DNA of 24,002 nt from a virus (Duplodnaviria; Caudoviricetes): the IMG/VR virus record IMGVR_UViG_3300022178_000315, positions 1-24,002 of that record. One strand, 5' to 3'. The position numbers and the translations under genes were made by a program. Under the pieces are notes generated by a model. It was not told where the DNA came from and did no database searches. It saw only the letters and a list, made by a program, of their open reading frames with translations. Numbering within the stretch: position 1 is the first letter of the stretch; every line of letters starts with the position of its first letter. Shown piece after piece: positions 15,901-21,450 of the stretch.

Positions 15901-17386
15901 GGCTGACTTGTATCAAAGAAATGGAGATGCTAGTGGTTTATTCACTGTGGTATTAAAAGTAACAGATTCAGGTCAAGATACTGCAGAGAAAACGTTAACA
16001 GTTGTTTTTGGTGAAGAGCAAATAAACTCTACTTTTGGAACAGCTAAAAACCGAACCTTTTCGTCGGGTCTTGAATCTTCAGGTTTATTCTGGGCTAATG
16101 ACTACAGTGATGTTGTTGGTAACATGCCGTCCGCAGTTGATCTTTCTGCTAGGGCTGTTTATGTAGATCCATCAAATTCTGACAACGATTTAACTTTTGG
16201 TGGCACTCCAATAAACGTAGACGGTAAAAGACAAGAATCCGTGAATACAGGAATTAATACTGGTGATCCTGGAGGCTATGTAGATTCGACTGGCGCTGGT
16301 TATACTTGGAAAAATACCAATTATGTACCTAAATCATTTCAACCTAGTTTACCTACTAGTGGTAATGATCTTCAATCTGGTACTGCTTATATTAAGTTAG
16401 ATTTTAGTTTTAAAACTTGGGGAACTCCAAGCGCAAACTACCGGCCAGGTCCTAACAACAAGTATGGAGCTATTTGGCCTTGCTATTTGCAGTTTAGAGC
16501 TGCTGGAACTACGAACTGGGTTACAGCTACAGATGTAGAAGGAAACGAAATAAGTTTTGGTAAGACCCAACAAAATGTTCAACTTCAAGGAGGTAGTAAT
16601 AACATTAATTTTAATTTAGGTGTTGTAACTGATAATGAAGAGTCTATAGGTAGACCAAGCACCAGTAATCAAGCTGACGCAAATGCCGTTCAAGCTACAA
16701 CTGTTTTTCCACAAGAAAATGAAACCGCAACTGGTTCAACCGCGTCTTTTGTTTTTGCCTTTGGTAAAGATCAAGGTTATGGAGTTCAACCTGATAAATT
16801 TGGAGATTATAGATTATTAATGAGATACCCACAAGATATCTTATCAACATCGACATCAGACATTAGAGCTATACCGCGTTACGCCAACAATCAACAATGG
16901 ATATATCCTAACAATGTATTTACCTTCTTGGGTAATATGAATTTAAATAATAATGTTAAAGTAGATATTTCTTTTGGAGATTTTTATTATAATAACGTTT
17001 CTAGTGGAAGCGCAAGTTATTCTTATTCCGTGTCTAATGGATACAGCAATTCCGATATAGCATCTTTTAATAATCCTACAACTGTTGTTTTTGCTAAAGA
17101 GTGGTCTTATAAATATGTAACTCAATTTTATACAGATGAGACTCTTACAACTACATGGACGCCAATTCAAACCGCTGGAACTTGGCATTCGTATTCAGGC
17201 AGAGGAACAAGCTCAGCTGATATAGGTGCAGAAAACTCGAACAACCAAAATAACAACAGTACCGTTGATGCTGGTAACTTAACCAACAACAACTCTTTAA
17301 ACGAAAGAAGATGGATGGCGCAGTTTGATGCTGCTGGTAAAAAAGTAAATGGTACCGCTGTTCCTTCTACTGGAGAAAGTGCCTAA
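12980..17386 (+). CDS. Tail muzzle/stabilisation protein (P22 gp10 / crAss muzzle-like), N-terminal part with appended Ig/cadherin-like and variable domains
   Basis: 1468 aa. The N-terminus KMNKDLDSRLLPSGEYRDGQNI and motifs LLFWTDNRNQPRKIN, FSYRFKFNDGEYS and RSYQVGFVLSDRYGRQS match this family; the C-terminal third is N/T/S/G-rich. Confidence 0.7.
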   Translation: MAEVKNAFIKSKMNKDLDSRLLPSGEYRDGQNIQVSESEGEDVGALENALGNTLAVDFNQLAVTFLNDPSITSLDLKSIGMHTDTATSTVFVFLTDYNDQDYASTGISTYSPSANNFIYAYNTTTKQNPTLLVYGSFLNFSQSSPIHGINLLETLLFWTDNRNQPRKINWQIADGVYYSTEDKMSVAKYNPYQPIHMYYTSGSGSYTSMQDVVSPTLPDGTANPFLNAPQGNQILDQNGVAAAWPGDPDYLTPKFARFSYRFKFNDGEYSIMAPFTQPAFIPKQDGYFLASDEDEAFRSSIVRFMQNKVNNVALYIPLPFAANSLYTNLDVAEIDILYKESDALSVKILESISSNVFSTNPDDSVNTSSVYTYQYQSRKPYKTLPEAEIIRVFDRVPVKALGQEVIGNRIVYSNFQDKHTPPASINYNVAANQKYTFNNNTNNTLRYTSEVEYPMHTLKQNRSYQVGFVLSDRYGRQSTVVLSPVGNKKNEVFVEGGITYSGSTFYNPYKADPGTGNNNIDSWSGDSLKIIIDGRIPANIEGAGYPGLYNGDANSADYNPLGWYSYKVVVKQTEQDYYNVYLPGILDGYPDFGSQQTPPDAENTIAHITLIGDNINKVPRDLTEVGPEQKQYRSDVKLFGRVSPERATAPVFNVPYYPQTNYQEPVAIAEQDYIFADATTDAPYGTVYQSDSDPYIARLTQGNVSTVAGSSLPLPIGSLQTTGNPGATYPILLGVFETAPVESSIDIFYETSTSGLISEYNDASDTVDASGYNDFVWVQSEDTVPSLTQPVSGPDGFYPVKPGLIPVAIIDSTLELSSVSVAGFTAPGPDGNPWKDNWSLTARAEGGTGTTPIRWDLKCLNTLYHQLDDTNNWITFNISVTDNSAGGSTNVIVPIVRKLINVKPSFTSPGSISFSGDRNLNNPIYTATATNGVAVPNITNTPQSKDLSYEIVSQTPDLGPGLNITLEPNENAGTADLYQRNGDASGLFTVVLKVTDSGQDTAEKTLTVVFGEEQINSTFGTAKNRTFSSGLESSGLFWANDYSDVVGNMPSAVDLSARAVYVDPSNSDNDLTFGGTPINVDGKRQESVNTGINTGDPGGYVDSTGAGYTWKNTNYVPKSFQPSLPTSGNDLQSGTAYIKLDFSFKTWGTPSANYRPGPNNKYGAIWPCYLQFRAAGTTNWVTATDVEGNEISFGKTQQNVQLQGGSNNINFNLGVVTDNEESIGRPSTSNQADANAVQATTVFPQENETATGSTASFVFAFGKDQGYGVQPDKFGDYRLLMRYPQDILSTSTSDIRAIPRYANNQQWIYPNNVFTFLGNMNLNNNVKVDISFGDFYYNNVSSGSASYSYSVSNGYSNSDIASFNNPTTVVFAKEWSYKYVTQFYTDETLTTTWTPIQTAGTWHSYSGRGTSSADIGAENSNNQNNNSTVDAGNLTNNNSLNERRWMAQFDAAGKKVNGTAVPSTGESA

Positions 17387-17408
17387 TAATTTAGGTGAAA
17401 ATACACTA

Positions 17409-17426
17409 TAACAAGTAATAATATAA
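17409..17426 (+). promoter_or_regulatory. Candidate phage promoter motif, copy 2 (TAACAaGTAATAaTATAA)
   Basis: 16/18 identical to 10938..10955; ends 1 nt before the ATG at 17428. Confidence 0.4.
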
Positions 17427-17427
17427 T

Positions 17428-18882
17428 ATGGCTGGAGTAATAGAAGTTAAATTTTTTAACAGTTTTATACTGAGAAAAACTCTTGATGCGTTAGATATTC
17501 CTGTGTGGAATGGCTCTAGAGGAGATGGCACGTATCCACCAGATGCAAATCCAGCCGTATCTAACGACGCTAATTGGGCTATTGAAGAAGCTAGAATAAC
17601 AGGTGGATACAATAATACGCAAACAGATATAGGTGTAAAAGCTTATTTAACTGAAAGCGAGCCTAACGCAGTGTTTAAAACCAATAGTATGATATACTCA
17701 GGTATATTTAATTCTAGAACAGGTATAAACGATACTAACGTATTTTCAGTTGGAACAGATATAACTAAAAGTGTAAATCCAGCACATGGTTCTATACAAA
17801 AACTATATGCAGAAGATACTAACTTAATAATATTTCAAGAATCCAAAGTAAGTCGCGCTTTAATCGATAAAGATGCCATTTACTCAGCGGAAGGAGGTCA
17901 AATATCTACCGTAGGAAATGTTGTTATTGGACCTGTAACTGCTTATGCTGGTGATTTTGGAATAAGTAGAAACCCCGAAAGTTTTGCTATTTACGGTAGA
18001 AGAAAATACTTTACAGACAAGAATAGAAACGTACTTTTAAGACTTTCTAATGATGGTTTAACTGAAATATCTAATTATGGTATGTCTGACTTCTTTAGAG
18101 ACGAATTAAGTGCTTTAAATGGCAACGCAAGCACGTCAACAGGTAAAGCCGTAGGAGCTTGGGATATTCACTCAAGACAATATGCACTGTCTTTACAAAA
18201 ATACGTTACTCCTGGCTCTCCGCAAGTGTTTAAAACTCTTTCTTTCGATGATAGCGTGAATGGATTTCCTAGTTTCTTTGATTATGCTCCGGATCACGGT
18301 GATAGCATTAAAAACGAATACTACACTATTAAAGACGGTAGTATGTGGCTGCATTATAGTCCTACCGCTTTAAGATCTAACTTCTACGGAACTCAATATA
18401 AGTCTAGCATACAGTTTGTTTTTAATCCTAAAGTTAGTATGTCTAAAGTTTTTAAGACTATCAACTACGAAGGAGGAAATGGTTGGGAAGTAAATGCATT
18501 TCAATCAGATATAACTGGAATACATAGTATTGGTGCTCCAGAAGGTGCTTTGAATGACGAATGGGAATTAGGAACTAGAGATACAACGGCTTTAGTGTAT
18601 AGCTATAATCAAGGATCTTACGACAACTATGGTAATACATTTCCAAGTCAATTAACTCCTCCAATAAATCACGCTGGTTTTGATCGTAAAGAAAATAAAT
18701 ACATGTCTAACTTAATAAACAATAGTCCAGCCGCAGCTGGTGAAGTTATGTTTGGAGCTGACATGACGGGTATAAAAGGTTACTTTGCAACAGTAACAAT
18801 GTCTACAGATAACGTAACTGACGTAGGCGGAATGAAAGAATTGTTCGCAGCGTCTTCAAGCTATGTAGAGTCATCATATTAA
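17428..18882 (+). CDS. Tail muzzle/stabilisation protein, C-terminal beta-propeller-like part
   Basis: 484 aa with GSIQKLYAEDTNLIIFQESKV, GISRNPESFA...YFTD...LRLSNDGLTEIS.YGM and SKVFKTINYEG motifs corresponding to the C-terminal half of crAss-like muzzle proteins. Confidence 0.7.
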   Translation: MAGVIEVKFFNSFILRKTLDALDIPVWNGSRGDGTYPPDANPAVSNDANWAIEEARITGGYNNTQTDIGVKAYLTESEPNAVFKTNSMIYSGIFNSRTGINDTNVFSVGTDITKSVNPAHGSIQKLYAEDTNLIIFQESKVSRALIDKDAIYSAEGGQISTVGNVVIGPVTAYAGDFGISRNPESFAIYGRRKYFTDKNRNVLLRLSNDGLTEISNYGMSDFFRDELSALNGNASTSTGKAVGAWDIHSRQYALSLQKYVTPGSPQVFKTLSFDDSVNGFPSFFDYAPDHGDSIKNEYYTIKDGSMWLHYSPTALRSNFYGTQYKSSIQFVFNPKVSMSKVFKTINYEGGNGWEVNAFQSDITGIHSIGAPEGALNDEWELGTRDTTALVYSYNQGSYDNYGNTFPSQLTPPINHAGFDRKENKYMSNLINNSPAAAGEVMFGADMTGIKGYFATVTMSTDNVTDVGGMKELFAASSSYVESSY

Positions 18883-18892
18883 ATTAAATTAA

Positions 18893-19306
18893 ATGGAATT
18901 AAAAATACGTAAACTAGAGGAGTCTGATTGGGATACTTTGGTTAGTCTTTGGAATATGTGGCCCGATTGGCAGCATCATCCTCCTAAAGCGCTGCTTCCT
19001 GAAAACGGAACCGGTGGACTTATAGTAGAAAAAAACGAGCAACCAATAATAGCTGGTTTTATTTACACTACTAACTCTAAAATAGGATGGATGGAGTGGT
19101 TGGTTTCTGATCCAAACTACAGAGAAAGTGATAGAAAAGAAGCTACTAAGATGTTGATATCAGGATTAGAATATGTAGCTAAAATAAGCGGCTGTGAGGC
19201 TGTTATAAGTATAGGTAGAAATGAAAGTTTAATGGAAATACACAAGAGTTTGGACTATACAATAGATGAAGAACCTTCTTATGAAATTTCAAAAAAAATA
19301 ATATAA
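18893..19306 (+). CDS. GNAT-fold protein (T7 gp13-like position)
   Basis: 137 aa with LKIRKLEESDW, IIAGFIY, WLVSDPNYR and HKSLDY in acetyltransferase-fold order; lies between the tail and ejection genes. Confidence 0.65.
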   Translation: MELKIRKLEESDWDTLVSLWNMWPDWQHHPPKALLPENGTGGLIVEKNEQPIIAGFIYTTNSKIGWMEWLVSDPNYRESDRKEATKMLISGLEYVAKISGCEAVISIGRNESLMEIHKSLDYTIDEEPSYEISKKII

Positions 19307-19307
19307 A

Positions 19308-20033
19308 ATGGCATTAGTAACAGCAGCAATAATTGGAGGCATAGCAGCGGTAGCAGGTAGCACTATAGGTGCTGTTTCGGCCGGCAAAGCCGAAAGAAGG
19401 GCTAGATCAGATAAAAACAGACTCACTGGTGAGCTAGAAGAGTTAGAATTAAAACGACAAGACATTATAAACCCCTATGAGGGTGTAACAGATTTATCTA
19501 GTATGGTATCTGATTTAAGTAGTATCGCTTCTAATCCTTATCAAAACTTAGCTGTATCTACTGCGGCTGCTGAGATGCAGATAGAAGAAGCTGATATAGC
19601 TTTAGCTAATACTCTAGATACTCTTAGAGCTACTGGTGCTAGTGCTGGTGGAGCTACTGCTCTGGCTAGAATGGCATTGGAAAGTAAAAAAGGCGTATCA
19701 GCTAGTATAGAACAACAAGAGGCTGACAATCAAAGATTAAGAGCTAGCGGCGAAGAAAGACTTCAAAATGTTGAGTTAAACGAAGCTAAAAGAGTTCAAT
19801 CTGGATTAATGGGTGAAGCTCAAAGAATACAAGCTGTTGAGGCTGATGCTGAGTTATTCCAGTTTGGTCAAAAAGAAAAAAGAGAAAAAGAGCAACTTAA
19901 TAGAAAACAGTCTCAAATAACAGGAGCGGCAATGCAAGAAGGAGCGGCTGTTGAAGCTAAAGGAGCTGCTATAGGTGGTGGAGTTTCGGCTGTTGGTAAT
20001 TTAGCTGGATCTTATATGGGTGCAAAAGGTTAA
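19308..20033 (+). CDS. Internal virion / DNA ejection protein
   Basis: 241 aa with G/A-rich hydrophobic N- and C-termini, a central coiled coil and a GASAGGATALA motif; position follows the GNAT-like gene. Confidence 0.65.
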   Translation: MALVTAAIIGGIAAVAGSTIGAVSAGKAERRARSDKNRLTGELEELELKRQDIINPYEGVTDLSSMVSDLSSIASNPYQNLAVSTAAAEMQIEEADIALANTLDTLRATGASAGGATALARMALESKKGVSASIEQQEADNQRLRASGEERLQNVELNEAKRVQSGLMGEAQRIQAVEADAELFQFGQKEKREKEQLNRKQSQITGAAMQEGAAVEAKGAAIGGGVSAVGNLAGSYMGAKG

Positions 20034-20040
20034 TCAAAAT

Positions 20041-21201
20041 ATGGAAGCAAAACAAAATACTTTTACATCTGTAAATAAAGAAGCTAATAAGATATGGACA
20101 AGCGCTATAGGCGATTTAGGTCTAGATACTATTGAGTCTATAAATAAAAACAAAGCCTTTATGTCTGCTTCTCAAAAAGAAGCCGCTACAGTGCAACGTG
20201 ACATATCTGCAAAGCTTTTTGACAATCAAGAAGAAGCTTTAAATAGTATGAAAAAAGGTGGTATTAGGAACCCATCTTTAGCTAAATTAGGTAATGACTT
20301 AATATGGGGAATATACTACGCTGATGCGGCTGTTTCTCAGGCTAAAACTAGACAAGAAAGAAATGACGCTAACATAGCTTTGTCTAAATTAAACAAATCC
20401 CTTCAAGAGCTTTATAAGATAATAGAGATAGGTAAAGATACTGATGCTATTTTCATGCAAGAATATTTTGGACTAGAAGGATCCAAAAATCCAGGTCAAC
20501 CAGGTGGTATGGCTTTAGTTGGTAGAGATACTCCGCTATGGTGTAAGACGATGGCAATAAGAAGCGGTTTAGCTGGTGATAGTGCTAGTGAAGAATATAT
20601 TGTTGGTGATAACAGCGAAATAAGATTAAGATACACTGGATCTATCTTAAATGGAGAGGCTGTAGATAAACCAGCTTTAACATGGTTAGCTTATGATCCT
20701 GGCATTATATTGGATTTAAAAAGTGAGAACATAAAAATGCTTCAAGCTCCAAGTGCTTTAAACGCTGATGGAGAACAAGTTGGTATTATAGACAGTAGCT
20801 TACAGTATAACGATGCTTACTTATTATTAGATCAAAAGTACATGGAAGTATCTAAAGACGGTAAAACTCAAACAGAGTTTATACCTGCTAACATGGCTAA
20901 AATAGTATACGACACAAAAGCTAGATCTGCAGCTAGAGCAAACGCTTTGTTAAATGACTATCAAGAAGCTAATAGAGTTTGGAGAAATAACTTTAACATG
21001 GAAGAAGATCTTAAATTTGCAGTAGCAGCTAACGGTAAAAATGTAGACGCAGGACAGCAAGCTGAGTTTCAAGAGCTTATGTTTGGTAGCTTAAAACCAT
21101 TGTTACCTACGGTAGCAGTTGGTGCAACTACAGAGGTAGTTAAAGAAGTACAACCTGAGATGGTTGAAGAAGAAGCATTAACAGCAGATCAATTTAACTA
21201 G
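20041..21201 (+). CDS. Putative internal virion / ejection protein
   Basis: The ORF track starts at GTG 20020 inside the previous gene; the in-frame ATG at 20041 after TAATCAAAAT is more plausible (386 aa). Largely helical; function is inferred from position. Confidence 0.55.
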   Translation: MEAKQNTFTSVNKEANKIWTSAIGDLGLDTIESINKNKAFMSASQKEAATVQRDISAKLFDNQEEALNSMKKGGIRNPSLAKLGNDLIWGIYYADAAVSQAKTRQERNDANIALSKLNKSLQELYKIIEIGKDTDAIFMQEYFGLEGSKNPGQPGGMALVGRDTPLWCKTMAIRSGLAGDSASEEYIVGDNSEIRLRYTGSILNGEAVDKPALTWLAYDPGIILDLKSENIKMLQAPSALNADGEQVGIIDSSLQYNDAYLLLDQKYMEVSKDGKTQTEFIPANMAKIVYDTKARSAARANALLNDYQEANRVWRNNFNMEEDLKFAVAANGKNVDAGQQAEFQELMFGSLKPLLPTVAVGATTEVVKEVQPEMVEEEALTADQFN

Positions 21202-21202
21202 T

Positions 21203-21450
21203 ATGTATACATATAAAGATAGAGAGTTAACTAAAGAGCAGGTAGATAAACTCGCTGCTGAAAAAGGTGTTGAAGTTAATGTTTTTTTAACTAACAACCC
21301 AGATATAAAAATACAAGAGGCGGTAGTAGAAACTACTGAACCAGAGGGAAAGACAACAGCCACAGAAACGGACACGTCTGTGGATGCGATCGAAGTGTCC
21401 GGTACGGAATCACAATCGGAAGATGGTTCTTTGGAATTAAAAGAAACTAA
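21203..21450 (+). CDS. Predicted 82-aa transframe (-1 frameshift) product of the giant gene
   Basis: 50 zero-frame residues ending ...TTEPEGK, then the -1 frame from 21352 reads DNSHRNGHVCGCDRSVRYGITIGRWFFGIKRN, with TAA at 21448-21450. Confidence 0.6.

Noticed and set aside
17384-17430. Readthrough or frameshift joining the two muzzle ORFs, or a sequencing-error split
   Set aside because: Tandem TAA TAA and a TGA in the upstream frame, plus an in-frame TAA before ATG 17428; the gap looks like a genuine intergenic region.
19289-19310. A_AAA_AAA run at the end of the GNAT-like gene as a frameshift fusing it to the next gene
   Set aside because: The -1 frame stops within a few codons, the next gene is in the +1 frame behind a TAA, and no stimulatory structure is visible.
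20020-20040. GTG start at 20020 given by the ORF track
   Set aside because: It overlaps the upstream gene; the in-frame ATG at 20041 with an A-rich leader is more plausible.
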